This document shows positions 54,780 through 64,000 of a stretch of DNA of 64,000 nucleotides, piece after piece. The stretch covers positions 32,001 to 96,000 of the forward strand of contig JBHYGA010000006.1 in NCBI GenBank assembly GCA_051859245.1. The letters are read 5' to 3'. The notes below the pieces were generated by a model that was not told where the DNA came from, made no database searches, and worked only from the letters and a program-made list of their open reading frames with translations. Position 1 is the first letter of the stretch, and each line of letters starts with the position of its first letter. A program made the translations under genes and the position numbers. This stretch comes from Gemmatimonadaceae bacterium (GTDB lineage Bacteria; Gemmatimonadota; Gemmatimonadetes; Gemmatimonadales; Gemmatimonadaceae).

Positions 54780-56488
54780 CAGAACTGCGGCTCACGCAGG
54801 AAGAACTCCGGCAACACCGGTGGGCGACGACCGACCGTGGAGTCCGGGATACCTACATTGATTGTGTCGCCGCCAATGCGAACGCGGCCCTCAATGCGCA
54901 GGTCCTTCAGAAGATCGCTGCTGTTTCGCACCGATTCGCGAAGCCGATCAATATCTTCGTCGCTTGAGACAATATGCGGAGTGAGGAAGAGAAAGAGCTC
55001 CGTGGTGCGATTGCTGCGCGACGTATTGCCAAACAGCCAGCCGATCAACGGAAGTCGGCTCAGGAATGGAATGCCAGAGGTGGATTCGTCCGATGTGTTG
55101 TCGGAAAGCCCACCGATCACCGTAGTCTGGCCGTCACGCACAAATACCGACGTTTGCGCTTCGCGCTCATTGATGATCGGGGCATCGAACAGCAAGTTGT
55201 TGCTCACGTCGTTATTGGTTTGCACCACTTCCATGTTCACATACCCATCGGTGTTGATCGTGGGAGTGATGGTGAGCGTTTTACCAACCGGCAAATACTG
55301 AATGGTTTGCACACGCGAGTTAGGATCAATGCCACCCGCCTGCGTGACCTGAACAAACGGTACGCTCGAGCCAACGTTGAGCACCGCTTGTTTGTTGTTT
55401 TGCGCAATGATGATCGGTAACGCCAGCACCTTCACGTCACCACGCGTTTGCAGTGCGTTGATTGCCAGATCGTAGTTCACCGAGCCGCGTCCGCCGGTGA
55501 GTAAGTACACAAAGTCGCGCGCGGTGCCAGCGCCCGGCAGGCGAGCCGCCGTGTCACCACTTGTACGCGTTGCGGTACCCGAGACACCCAGGCCAAGATC
55601 ACTACTGCGCTCAACCTGCGCGATGGTGACTTCGATGAGCACCTGCAGCGGGCGCAGATCCACGGACTGCACCAGCGATTGCAGCGCCTGAAAATCTTCT
55701 GCGGTAGAGCGAACAATCAGTGAATTGGTAGTTTCGTCTGCGACAATGCGAATATCGGAGAATGCCAGACCGTTGTTGCTCGATCCGTTCTGCAGTCCAA
55801 ACGCAGCGGCCATTGCTTCCCGAATCGCAACCTGCGGATTGTTCGGATTATTGTTTCCTCCACCTCCCTGCTGCGCGTTCCCACCAATAATCCCTACAAC
55901 GCCAGCACCACCACGTCCGCCTTGCTGAATGCCCTGAATCCCCTGGATGCCACCGGGCGCGGTGACATTACGCGTCGCCCCCCCCACGTTGCCTGAGCCC
56001 GTGAGCAAGTTCATGAGCATCGGCGCAACGGTGGTTGCGGTGGAGTGCTTGAGTCGCACGGTGTACAGATTCAGCACGCGATTCTGCTGTGCCTGCTGCG
56101 CCATCTGCTGCGGCGTGAGACGAGGCGGCGGTGCAACACGCGGCGGGCCAACCAGGCGAATCACCGACGTCCCTTCTGTGACCGTGATTTCGCTCCCCTC
56201 GGCCACGGCCTTGATCGCCTCGATCGCGGCTTCTCGATTCATCTGCTGCGCCATACGCAGCGACACTTTCGCGGCCGGCATGTTGCTGAGCGTAATGTTC
56301 AGTCCACCCGCTTCAGCAATGGCACGAAGGACAACCGCAACGTCCTGCTCGACAAAGTCGAGCACCAGACCATCGGGGCTGTTGCGCAGCGCGGCCGAGT
56401 CACGTCGCGGCGGCGCGCCACCGCGCTGCGAAAGCAGCGGCGACGCGCAGACGGCCAACAACAGGGTGACGTGGAAAAACGATCTCAT
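54779..56488 (-). CDS. gspD: Type II secretion secretin
   Basis: ADETTNSLIV, QVLIEVTI, DGQTTVIGGL, GIPFLSRLPLIGWLF, TELFLFLTPHIV. Confidence 0.92.
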   Translation of the reverse strand: MRSFFHVTLLLAVCASPLLSQRGGAPPRRDSAALRNSPDGLVLDFVEQDVAVVLRAIAEAGGLNITLSNMPAAKVSLRMAQQMNREAAIEAIKAVAEGSEITVTEGTSVIRLVGPPRVAPPPRLTPQQMAQQAQQNRVLNLYTVRLKHSTATTVAPMLMNLLTGSGNVGGATRNVTAPGGIQGIQGIQQGGRGGAGVVGIIGGNAQQGGGGNNNPNNPQVAIREAMAAAFGLQNGSSNNGLAFSDIRIVADETTNSLIVRSTAEDFQALQSLVQSVDLRPLQVLIEVTIAQVERSSDLGLGVSGTATRTSGDTAARLPGAGTARDFVYLLTGGRGSVNYDLAINALQTRGDVKVLALPIIIAQNNKQAVLNVGSSVPFVQVTQAGGIDPNSRVQTIQYLPVGKTLTITPTINTDGYVNMEVVQTNNDVSNNLLFDAPIINEREAQTSVFVRDGQTTVIGGLSDNTSDESTSGIPFLSRLPLIGWLFGNTSRSNRTTELFLFLTPHIVSSDEDIDRLRESVRNSSDLLKDLRIEGRVRIGGDTINVGIPDSTVGRRPPVLPEFFLREPQF

Positions 56489-56503
56489 AGTTCGGTACCG
56501 CGT

Positions 56504-57007
56504 TTAAGTGGGGTTCGCATTGATTGCGAACCGCTCGCCGGACACAGTGGAGAACTCCACCACGCCGCGCTTGATCGACCGCACGGTGAAATCACCAACC
56601 TGGTCTCCCACACGCACGATCACGGTGGGTGCGCCGTTGAGCGAGCACATGGCGAAGGTTCGATTGCCCGTGCCAACAACGGTGCCCAGCACGAGCAGTT
56701 GTGACACGTCAACTGGCTCTGCTTCAACGTAGGTGTCCTCATTGCCAGGCAGTCGATATCTGGTCACGGGCGGGCTACGATCCGGCGAGAACAGATTGTC
56801 TTCGACCACCGCACTCACATTGAGTGCCTGCGCGGTTTGCCTGGCGGCCAACGCTGCGGCCGTATTGAACTGCGGTGGTGCGGCGTCGGGTACAGGCTCG
56901 ATGCGCAGTGCCACCACGAACGACCAGACCGCGAATGACGCGGCCAGAATCAGCGCGCCAATCGCTGCCTGCACGCGCTGCTGCTTCAATACATCGCGGC
57001 TCATCAT
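56504..57007 (-). CDS. GspC/PilP-like assembly protein
   Basis: N-terminal TM, NLFSPDR, LLVLGTV...VRVGDQV.DFTVRSI (HR-domain-like). Confidence 0.65.
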   Translation of the reverse strand: MMSRDVLKQQRVQAAIGALILAASFAVWSFVVALRIEPVPDAAPPQFNTAAALAARQTAQALNVSAVVEDNLFSPDRSPPVTRYRLPGNEDTYVEAEPVDVSQLLVLGTVVGTGNRTFAMCSLNGAPTVIVRVGDQVGDFTVRSIKRGVVEFSTVSGERFAINANPT

Positions 57008-57612
57008 TGCGCGCCTCCCGCAGGGCGAGGCGCGTCTTCAGGAATCGCGTACCCAACAATCGACGCCGAGATTGAAACGGGTTCGATGCCGTCTTCCGTG
57101 ACCGGACCCTGGGTGACCGACACATCCAGTCGCTCGATGCGCACCAGCTTGTCGCCGCGCTCCAGGGCCTGCAGAAAGTTGAGCAGTCCCTGCAAGTCTG
57201 ACTCGGCACGCAGCGCCACGTGCAGCGTTCGCACGCCCGCCTCGCCAACGGTTGCGGGACGCGTCGTTGCGTTCTGCAACCAGACATCATGCTCGCGAGC
57301 CACAGCGCCGAGGTGCGAGACCAACTCGGCCGTGGCCATGACATCATCACGTCCGGCAAAGAGCCGCGGCGACATCGCTCGCATGAGTGAGTCGGCGAGC
57401 GCCTGCATGCCGGGGTTGCGTTGCGCGGCCGTGACGGCCGCACGTTCACGTGCCAGTGCGGCGCGTTCAACGCTCAGAAAGTCGCGCGACTCTTCCAGCG
57501 ACGAGCGAAACGGCTTCACGCCCCAGATGAAAAACAGCGCGGGTGCCAGAATCAACGCGCCGAGCGTGAGCGCGCGTTTGTCGCGCGCTGACATGGCCGT
57601 GAGCCGACTCAT
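57004..57612 (-). CDS. gspM: GspM/PilO-like protein
   Basis: MSARDKR, TM, coiled coil, GLLNFLQALE..LVRIERL. Confidence 0.78.
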   Translation of the reverse strand: MSRLTAMSARDKRALTLGALILAPALFFIWGVKPFRSSLEESRDFLSVERAALARERAAVTAAQRNPGMQALADSLMRAMSPRLFAGRDDVMATAELVSHLGAVAREHDVWLQNATTRPATVGEAGVRTLHVALRAESDLQGLLNFLQALERGDKLVRIERLDVSVTQGPVTEDGIEPVSISASIVGYAIPEDAPRPAGGAQ

Positions 57613-59030
57613 CGCTTCACACCCGATGAATCAACGGAGGCACGTTTCAGAAGCGCGGTAATCTGAAAGCGCTCAAACGCTTCGCCTTCGGGTGTTGTTT
57701 CGCGACGTACCGGTGCTGATGCGTGTACACCGCTCAGCTGTGGCACCTGTTCAATTGAATCGAACACGCGCGCTGCATACATCGCGAGTCCATCAATTCC
57801 AACGGTATCCGCGCGACCACGAAATCCCGTGAGATGTGCCTCAGCCGGCAACTGCTCAGACACGCCACCGATCACCGTGGACCACGCCGCCGCATCTCGC
57901 TCAGCAGCAGCGAGCACTGCCAGCTGTCGAAATGCGGTTTCAACCGTTGAACGACCAACAAGTGTGGTGGCCAGCTGCGGCCGTAGCAGTTCACGCTCGG
58001 CACGAACGGCCTCAAGTTCCCGACGAGTGTCCCACAGTTGCAGTGCGGCACCAATCAAAGCAAGCGCCGCTGCACCGGCAAACATTCGTGTCGTCAGCGA
58101 GCGAATCGCACGAGCGCGCACCGCGCGCTTGGCGTCGGTGACAAGTGCCGGTGTCAGTGTTGACTGCACGTGCGCCGCAGCGAGCGCGTCTGGTGCGGCG
58201 ATCAACTCACGTTCGCCCACGGTTGGCACTCGTACAGGAAGTCCGCGCGCCTGTAGCGCACGTTCCAGCACGGTCCGCGGCTGGGCCGCGCCGACCAGAA
58301 GCAGGGGGCCGCCAAACACGGCGTGCTCCTGCGCAATCTCGGCGCTGTCAGCATCTCCGGCGCGCAGCCGACGCATCGCAATCAGCTGATCGCGGTTGAG
58401 GCGGAGCAAGTCAGTGTGCGTGTCATGCACCACGAGCAGCGTTGTCACGCTGACATTCCGATCACTGAACTGCGCGGCGGCTTCGCTCCAGGCCGCCACT
58501 GCGGGAACGATGACATCGACCTGCCAACCGGCGGCTCGCGAGGAATCGTAGAGCGTTTGCAGCAACCGCGTAGCTGCCGATACCGCCAGCCGTGGTGCGG
58601 GATCAGCTGCGTTTGAGCGCTTGCGATCGGTTCGACGGACCGCTGGGCGCGGTGCAATTCCAACCACCTGCGCGCCGCGAGCCTGGACAAAATATCTGCT
58701 GGCGTTCCTCGTCAGCAGCTGACGCAATGGTTCGTCTGCAAGCGGTGGTGTGTGCACAAACTGCACCTCCGCGAGCGGTGGCATCAGTGCGATCCGCAGT
58801 GATCCGTTTGATACGCCCGATTCGGCCGCCAATGTGCGGAGCGCGGCCACAAGATCAGGCCATACGGCGCCGACGTCTCCGTTAACCGGCGCCAGCGGTG
58901 CGCGCCACGTGTGTGCGGTCGCACTGCCGGGGCGCGTGAACACCGCGCACAGTTCGGCTGCCGAGACCGCGATGCCAACAGACGCCGCAGAACGTTGGGC
59001 GACACGGGAAGGGCTCACCATTGCTGCCAT
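57609..59030 (-). CDS. gspL: GspL-like protein (cytoplasmic domain plus PilN-like periplasmic domain)
   Basis: Position between K and M; single TM, then 'SEQLPAEAHLT..IDG.A' and FERF. Confidence 0.7.
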   Translation of the reverse strand: MAAMVSPSRVAQRSAASVGIAVSAAELCAVFTRPGSATAHTWRAPLAPVNGDVGAVWPDLVAALRTLAAESGVSNGSLRIALMPPLAEVQFVHTPPLADEPLRQLLTRNASRYFVQARGAQVVGIAPRPAVRRTDRKRSNAADPAPRLAVSAATRLLQTLYDSSRAAGWQVDVIVPAVAAWSEAAAQFSDRNVSVTTLLVVHDTHTDLLRLNRDQLIAMRRLRAGDADSAEIAQEHAVFGGPLLLVGAAQPRTVLERALQARGLPVRVPTVGERELIAAPDALAAAHVQSTLTPALVTDAKRAVRARAIRSLTTRMFAGAAALALIGAALQLWDTRRELEAVRAERELLRPQLATTLVGRSTVETAFRQLAVLAAAERDAAAWSTVIGGVSEQLPAEAHLTGFRGRADTVGIDGLAMYAARVFDSIEQVPQLSGVHASAPVRRETTPEGEAFERFQITALLKRASVDSSGVKR

Positions 59031-59977
59031 CGGATCTGCGCCGTGTTGTTGTTTCCGCGCTGAATCAATGCGATCAGGCGAGCAGGTTGTGCGGTGAGCG
59101 TGTCGTGCACAAAGATGGTGAGTTGCACATCGCGTGTATCGACCGTGGCGCGTTGACTGAGCTGTTGTTCGGCGCGCGATGTCTGACCGCCGCCGCCGGC
59201 TTGGCCTTGAGCGGACAGAACAGATGCAATCGATGTAATGCGGCGACCGCCAGAGCGCATGGCGAGAATGTTGGCGATGGTCACATCCGTCATGCCAGGC
59301 AATGCTCGCAGGACTGCCTCGGGCGCCGTGTTCAGGTTGACGCGTGTTGCCGTGCCGTAGGTGGTGAGATATGGCTTGACGGCCGCGAGGATTTCGTCGG
59401 TGATACCGGGAACATGAATCAGATCGTCGACTTCGCGAAACGGACCATTGGTTGGCAACACCAGTCGGTCGTCACGCATATACTGCTCGCGTTCCGCGCC
59501 GGCGATGCGCGGTAAGTCGTCTACGTCAATCCAGTCCATGATCGACTGCGCGATGCCGTCCGCTGCCTGATAGTCGCGCAGTACAAATCCAAACAGCTGC
59601 TTGAGTTCTGTTTCGCTGAGGTTGTTCAGATTCAGTTGCGTGCCAAGGTCCGTGACGATCACATCAATGGGCACGTCGCCAACTTGCAGCGGACCGGAGT
59701 ACAATGAGTCGGCGTCGAGCCACGGGTCAGAAGCGCGCAGTGCGGCAGCGCTGCCGCGGGCATTCAGCGTGCGCAGGTCATTCTCGAGTCGCGCCATCAT
59801 GGTGGCCAGCGCACCGGTGGTTGCGGCACGATCGCGGGCGCGATCACGCGCGGCGAGGCCGAGCACGTGTCGTTCGCGCGCGGTGAGTGAGAACTGCAGC
59901 GCAACGCTGGCAATCATGACCACGAGCCACATGGCCGCCAGCATTGCGAATCCGCGTCGTGGGCGACGAGTCGTCAT
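59015..59977 (-). CDS. gspK: Minor pseudopilin GspK
   Basis: RRG/FAMLAAMW, LNLN, IMDWID, NGPF, VNLNTAP..VL.ALPG. Confidence 0.9.
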   Translation of the reverse strand: MTTRRPRRGFAMLAAMWLVVMIASVALQFSLTARERHVLGLAARDRARDRAATTGALATMMARLENDLRTLNARGSAAALRASDPWLDADSLYSGPLQVGDVPIDVIVTDLGTQLNLNNLSETELKQLFGFVLRDYQAADGIAQSIMDWIDVDDLPRIAGAEREQYMRDDRLVLPTNGPFREVDDLIHVPGITDEILAAVKPYLTTYGTATRVNLNTAPEAVLRALPGMTDVTIANILAMRSGGRRITSIASVLSAQGQAGGGGQTSRAEQQLSQRATVDTRDVQLTIFVHDTLTAQPARLIALIQRGNNNTAQIRWQQW

Positions 59978-60924
59978 GGTGCACCACCTGGCGTGGGCGG
60001 AATCGGTCGGCGGGCGCCGCCACCGGGTCCGCCCGCGCCTCGACCACCGCCACCTCGTACTCCGCCGCCTTGCATTCCGCCGCCGGCACCGCCGCCGCGC
60101 ACACCGCCGCCACGACCGCCGCCTCCGCCACCTCCGCCGCCGCCGCCGCGTCCACCACCACCACCGCCGCGAATTCCACCACCAATGGCGCCACCACCAC
60201 CAGGGCCAAGTTCGGAGTCATCAACGCCGGCCGCTTGTCCCGCACCGGGCATCGCAAACACGAGTGGCAAGGAAAGCAGCGGGTGCACCTCACTCGTATC
60301 CGAAGCAAACGAAAGACGTGCGGCAATCGGTCGAATGGCTGCCACTTCAGATGCAGGTGTCCACCGATTGGTGGTGCGGTCCAGATACTCCACCGTGATC
60401 TGAGTAATCGCCGAGTCCAGCTGACGACGTTGCAACGGCGCGGCGGCGTTCTGCTGATACTCGATGGTGAGTCCCTGCTCAAGCGTATTGGGATCGCCAT
60501 CCACAAACAGTCGCACCAGCACGTTTGGTGTGAGCGCCGGTGTGAGTGCGCTCGTACTGAAACGCAGTTCATCGCCGCTCGACACTGCGGCGGTGATTAC
60601 CGGCACGAGACTCGAGCTGGAGGTGGCCGTCCGAACAGCCGACGCTCTGGCGGAAACGCCAGGTGCGCCCTGCGATTGTATGCGAATCGATCCCGACGAC
60701 ACCCAGCTTCGCAGCAAGTCACGTAGTGCCGCTGCGCGTTCGACTTGCAGCGACGAGTCGACCACAACGCGACGATGATCTATGATGGTGCCAAAGGCCG
60801 CGGCACCAGCGGCCGCCATGAGGCCCGTGATCACGACACCCACCACCAGCTCAACCAGCGTCATTCCCGCTCGCGACGCGCGTGCGACGCGACGGGGCAA
60901 GACGGCGTGCGGCGCGCGGCTCAC
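59974..60924 (-). CDS. gspJ: Minor pseudopilin (GspJ-like) with Gly-rich tail
   Basis: RAG/MTLVEL prepilin motif; GTGA coupling to the upstream gene. Confidence 0.75.
   Translation of the reverse strand: MSRAPHAVLPRRVARASRAGMTLVELVVGVVITGLMAAAGAAAFGTIIDHRRVVVDSSLQVERAAALRDLLRSWVSSGSIRIQSQGAPGVSARASAVRTATSSSSLVPVITAAVSSGDELRFSTSALTPALTPNVLVRLFVDGDPNTLEQGLTIEYQQNAAAPLQRRQLDSAITQITVEYLDRTTNRWTPASEVAAIRPIAARLSFASDTSEVHPLLSLPLVFAMPGAGQAAGVDDSELGPGGGGAIGGGIRGGGGGGRGGGGGGGGGGGRGGGVRGGGAGGGMQGGGVRGGGGRGAGGPGGGARRPIPPTPGGAP
59993..60205. repeat. Low-complexity GGN/CCN trinucleotide tract encoding GGRG-rich tail
   Basis: Runs of ccg/cca/cct triplets on the + strand. Confidence 0.8.
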
Positions 60925-61319
60925 GAACTGCCTCCGCGCGTTGCAAACGGTGGGCGTCGATACTGCGCGGTGTGGACGGTACTCGAACCGTCCATCCAGC
61001 GCAGTGTGATCGTCACATCGTATAGCCCCGGATAAATCGCATGCGGTGCTGATTCCGTCGTCCACGTATAGCCGTCGAGTGGCGCGTCGAACTGACCCTC
61101 CGCGATGGAATCCGGGAGACTCTGGAGCTCTCGATCGGTCGCCAGATTCAACAGGTTGACGCGTTCGCTCAGCAATGCTTCCACTTCGATGGCGCGACGC
61201 GCGCGCTCTGACGTGCGCATCTCCGCGCCGACCGTGGCCAGCGCGCTGATAGTGGTCACGGCCACAATCGCCAATGATGCGATGGCTTCGAAGAGCGAGA
61301 TGCCGCGTCTAGCGCGCAT
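60921..61319 (-). CDS. gspI: Minor pseudopilin (GspI-like)
   Basis: RRG/ISLFEAI, G.F..P..GYTW. Confidence 0.75.
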   Translation of the reverse strand: MRARRGISLFEAIASLAIVAVTTISALATVGAEMRTSERARRAIEVEALLSERVNLLNLATDRELQSLPDSIAEGQFDAPLDGYTWTTESAPHAIYPGLYDVTITLRWMDGSSTVHTAQYRRPPFATRGGSS

Positions 61320-61758
61320 ACGCACCTGCAACTCCGCTCCAGGGGTCAACGGCGATGACTGACGTGCCGCGCGTTCCTCTCACAAGCAACGTATCGGCGA
61401 ACGCGGCGCCGCTTGGACGAAATACGAACTGCAAGCGAGGACGATCCGTCTCCATGGATTCCACTACGCCCAGATCGAGTTGGCCCTCGGCGTACAACCC
61501 AGAACCCGAAATGCCTGTCGTGTCCACACGATACAGGCCGTTCACCGGATCGATGCGCAGCGCCACGGTTTGCGACGACACGATGGCCAGCTTGCGACTA
61601 TCGCGCAGCACACCGAGAATCGCGTCGGTGAGACTCGGCGGCTCATCGTTTCTGAGCGACGCCCACTGCGGCACCACGAGCAACGCCGTGACGGCCATGA
61701 TCGCAAACACGATCGTCATTTCCCAGAGCGTGAATCCGCGGCGCAGGCGTGTGCTCAT
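61309..61758 (-). CDS. gspH: Minor pseudopilin (GspH-like)
   Basis: RRG/FTLWEM, FRPSG, VDPWSG. Confidence 0.78.
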   Translation of the reverse strand: MSTRLRRGFTLWEMTIVFAIMAVTALLVVPQWASLRNDEPPSLTDAILGVLRDSRKLAIVSSQTVALRIDPVNGLYRVDTTGISGSGLYAEGQLDLGVVESMETDRPRLQFVFRPSGAAFADTLLVRGTRGTSVIAVDPWSGVAGAYAR

Positions 61759-62960
61759 GCGAACGACGTGGCGTTGATGCCGTAGATAGCCTGCAGCAAC
61801 GACAGTGCGATCAGCGCGACAATCGCGCCGAAAATCACGATCATGACGGGCTCTGCGAGTGTGGCCAGTCGCTGTGTCGCACGTTCCGTGCGCTCTTCAA
61901 AAATATCAGCCGCCTTCATGAGAAACTCACGCAAGCGACCGGCCTCTTCACCAACGCCGATCAACTGCGCGAGCAACGGGGGAAAGATGGCGCTGTCCGC
62001 CACGGCGGCGCGCAGCGAGCTGCCTTCACGCACGCGCGTGCGAATGCGTTCGGCGTGCTCGCGCGCGATCGGATCGCTCAGGGATTCCACCGTGTCATCG
62101 AGTGCGGCCAGCAACGGCGCGCCGCCGCCGATCAGCACGCCAACAAGTCGTGCAAAACGCGCCGCCAGCGCATACATGCGAAGGGTTCGTACCAGTGGCA
62201 GCGCCAGCATCAGCTGCGCGGCCGCACGTCGTCCTTCTGCACTCTGTCGCATCCAGACGCCCAACAACACCGCACCGGCGGGAATGAGCATCAACGGCAT
62301 CCAGAAGCGACGCAAGAACGCCGAAGCGCCGAGCAGAAAGCGCGTGGACGTTGGCAGCTGTGCTCCGGTGCCCTCAAGCAACTCCACGAACTGCGGCAGC
62401 ACAAAAAACAACAAGACGATCACGGCGATCCCTCCGGCCGCCGCGAGCAGCAGTGGATAGATCGCCGCGGACAACACGCGACCGCGCAGCTGTTCGTCGC
62501 GTTCCAACTGAATCGCCAGACGATTGAACGCACTGTCGAGGTCGCCACTGCGCTCCCCCGCGCGCACAACGCCCACGTACATGCGGGAGAAGAGAGCAGG
62601 AAACGCCGTCATCGCGGCCGAGAGCGTTTCGCCGCGTTCCACGCGCGCACGCACTTCCTGCAGTGCATCGCGCACCGAACCGGACGCAACGCCGGTCGCG
62701 GCATTTAGCGCTTGCGCCAGCGGCATGCCCGCTGGAAGCAACGCCGCCATCGCGCGCGTGACCTCCAGCACTTCACGTCGACTGCCGAAGCGTGCACCGC
62801 CCGTGCTCGCGGCCGCGCCATCGGGTGCATCGGCGATTTCGAGCACCAGCAAGCCACGGTCTTCCAGCGTTCGCGACAACGCACCGGCGCTGGCGGCGTG
62901 TTCAACGCCCCGCAGGCTGGCACCGGCGGTATTGACCGCTTTGAACGCGAAGGCAGGCAT
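61755..62960 (-). CDS. gspF: Type II secretion platform protein
   Basis: AGMPLAQAL, AGERSGDL, AAIYP, GEEAGRL, LAEP. Confidence 0.94.
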   Translation of the reverse strand: MPAFAFKAVNTAGASLRGVEHAASAGALSRTLEDRGLLVLEIADAPDGAAASTGGARFGSRREVLEVTRAMAALLPAGMPLAQALNAATGVASGSVRDALQEVRARVERGETLSAAMTAFPALFSRMYVGVVRAGERSGDLDSAFNRLAIQLERDEQLRGRVLSAAIYPLLLAAAGGIAVIVLLFFVLPQFVELLEGTGAQLPTSTRFLLGASAFLRRFWMPLMLIPAGAVLLGVWMRQSAEGRRAAAQLMLALPLVRTLRMYALAARFARLVGVLIGGGAPLLAALDDTVESLSDPIAREHAERIRTRVREGSSLRAAVADSAIFPPLLAQLIGVGEEAGRLREFLMKAADIFEERTERATQRLATLAEPVMIVIFGAIVALIALSLLQAIYGINATSFA

Positions 62961-62984
62961 GCGTGTGTGGCCGGATGGAAACGT

Positions 62985-63425
62985 CTACTGCCAGCTCAGA
63001 ATGTCGGCGTCTTCACCGTCGCCGCCAGGCTGGCCATCGGCGCCAAGCGAAATCAGATCGAAGCCAGTGGGATTGGACTGTCCGGGGAAGATGTAGATGT
63101 AGGCGCGTCCCCAGGGATCAAGCGGTACGGCCTTTCGCAGGTACGGTCCGCGCCAGTTTGCCGGCGGCTGAATCGACGGCAGCTCCCACAGAGCGTTTAG
63201 TCCCTGCTCGGACGACGGGTACGAGCCATTGTCGAGTCGATAGGCGTCAAGCGTGGTGGCGATCATTTCCATTTGCGACTTGGCGGTCGCGGACTTGGCC
63301 GCGCCAACGTGCTGAAAGACGTTTGGCGCAACCAGCGCGGCCAGGATCGCAATGACGACGATGACGACCAGAATCTCAATCAACGTGAAAGCACGTCGAC
63401 GAACGCGCACGTGAGGACCGTACAT
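62985..63425 (-). CDS. gspG: Major pseudopilin
   Basis: RRA/FTLIEILVV, YRLDNG.YP, QGL.AL, WRGPYL, DPWG, SLGADG. Confidence 0.94.
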   Translation of the reverse strand: MYGPHVRVRRRAFTLIEILVVIVVIAILAALVAPNVFQHVGAAKSATAKSQMEMIATTLDAYRLDNGSYPSSEQGLNALWELPSIQPPANWRGPYLRKAVPLDPWGRAYIYIFPGQSNPTGFDLISLGADGQPGGDGEDADILSWQ

Positions 63426-63730
63426 GGGAGGGAGCTGCGAGGGGAGGGAGAAGCCGTGTCTTTGGACACGCGCCGCGACACCACGGTTTGCGCTCATCGA
63501 CCGTAACGGGAGACGCCTGTGTATCGTCAACGTTAGCGCGTTTCGTGGGCCACGACTACGGGCGCGTATGGCAGGGTTCGGCAGGGCCATCCGTGTAATA
63601 GCTGTGACTCGATCGCCCGTGGCGTTCCGGCCGGAGGGTGCGCATACTCCAGTCACTGCTGGTCATCTCAATCCCGCCGTGAGCCCATGCCAGCGCGCCC
63701 CGTGTCTCCGTTCTCCCAGAGGAAGTGAAC

Positions 63731-64000
63731 ATGCCTGTGCAGTCGGACACCGCGCGCGATGTGAATGTTGCGAACCGTCGCGATTTCCTGCGTCAGGCGA
63801 CGGGTCGGGCGCGAGCGTCGGTTGCGTCATCCGCTGCCGAATCGCTGAACATATCGGCGCTTGTACCAACGCCCGCGAGCTGGGCTGATCCTCGATTGCG
63901 TTTGTTGCGACGTGCAACCAACGGACTGCGCAGCGGTGATGTGCTCGACGTCAACAATCGCGGGTATCAACAGTGGTTGAACGAACAGGTCAACTACACG
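63731..64000 (+). CDS. 5' part of a probable DUF1800-family protein (runs off window)
   Basis: GAGGAAG RBS then ATG 63731; MPVQ...NRRDFLRQ...LRLLRRATNG...GYQQWLNEQ resembles the DUF1800 N-terminus. Confidence 0.6.
   Translation, partial: MPVQSDTARDVNVANRRDFLRQATGRARASVASSAAESLNISALVPTPASWADPRLRLLRRATNGLRSGDVLDVNNRGYQQWLNEQVNYT

Noticed and set aside
59993..60403. Plus-strand poly-proline ORF
   Set aside because: Antisense shadow of the Gly-rich tail of the gspJ-like gene.
63537..63552. Possible sigma54 site upstream of gspG (TGGCCCACGAAACGCG, minus strand)
   Set aside because: The -12 element lacks TGC, and no IHF-like tract or enhancer palindrome accompanies it.
63426..63730. Possible riboswitch or sRNA in the gspG divergent intergenic region
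   Set aside because: No known riboswitch consensus recognised; an Rfam scan would be needed.
1..64000. CRISPR arrays, tRNA/rRNA, IS, integrase or prophage
   Set aside because: No repeat-spacer array, RNA gene signature, transposase or phage gene seen; the M15 domain resembles phage endolysins but has no phage context.

Overview
GC-rich bacterial chromosome segment. The protein families and gene style suggest Gemmatimonadota (inference). Contents in order: (1) 0.3-14.5 kb housekeeping/envelope block with a CtpA-like S41 protease, outer-membrane proteins, a methyltransferase, cysE-cysK, an NRAMP transporter, an ABC exporter with a glycine-zipper lipoprotein, and an EAL-HDOD protein. (2) 14.6-49.7 kb minus-strand flagellar cluster (flgBC to motAB) with no recognisable flagellin, fliD/S, flgL, fliW, flgM, chemotaxis or activator genes. 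(3) A few secreted-hydrolase genes. (4) 53.2-63.4 kb type II secretion operon. Most notable: the FliK-position protein carries an internal zinc M15-type peptidoglycan endopeptidase domain while FlgJ has no muramidase domain. Four sigma54 promoters share an upstream CGGCA-N5-TGCCG palindrome, about 100 bp upstream in three cases. There is also a FliO-FliP fusion, a ChpT-like pseudo-histidine kinase between csrA and motA, a FlhG with a degenerate P-loop beside a short FlhF, and a cysteine-free FlgH. No rRNA, tRNA, CRISPR or mobile element was recognised. All calls come from reading motifs by eye; no database searches were run.
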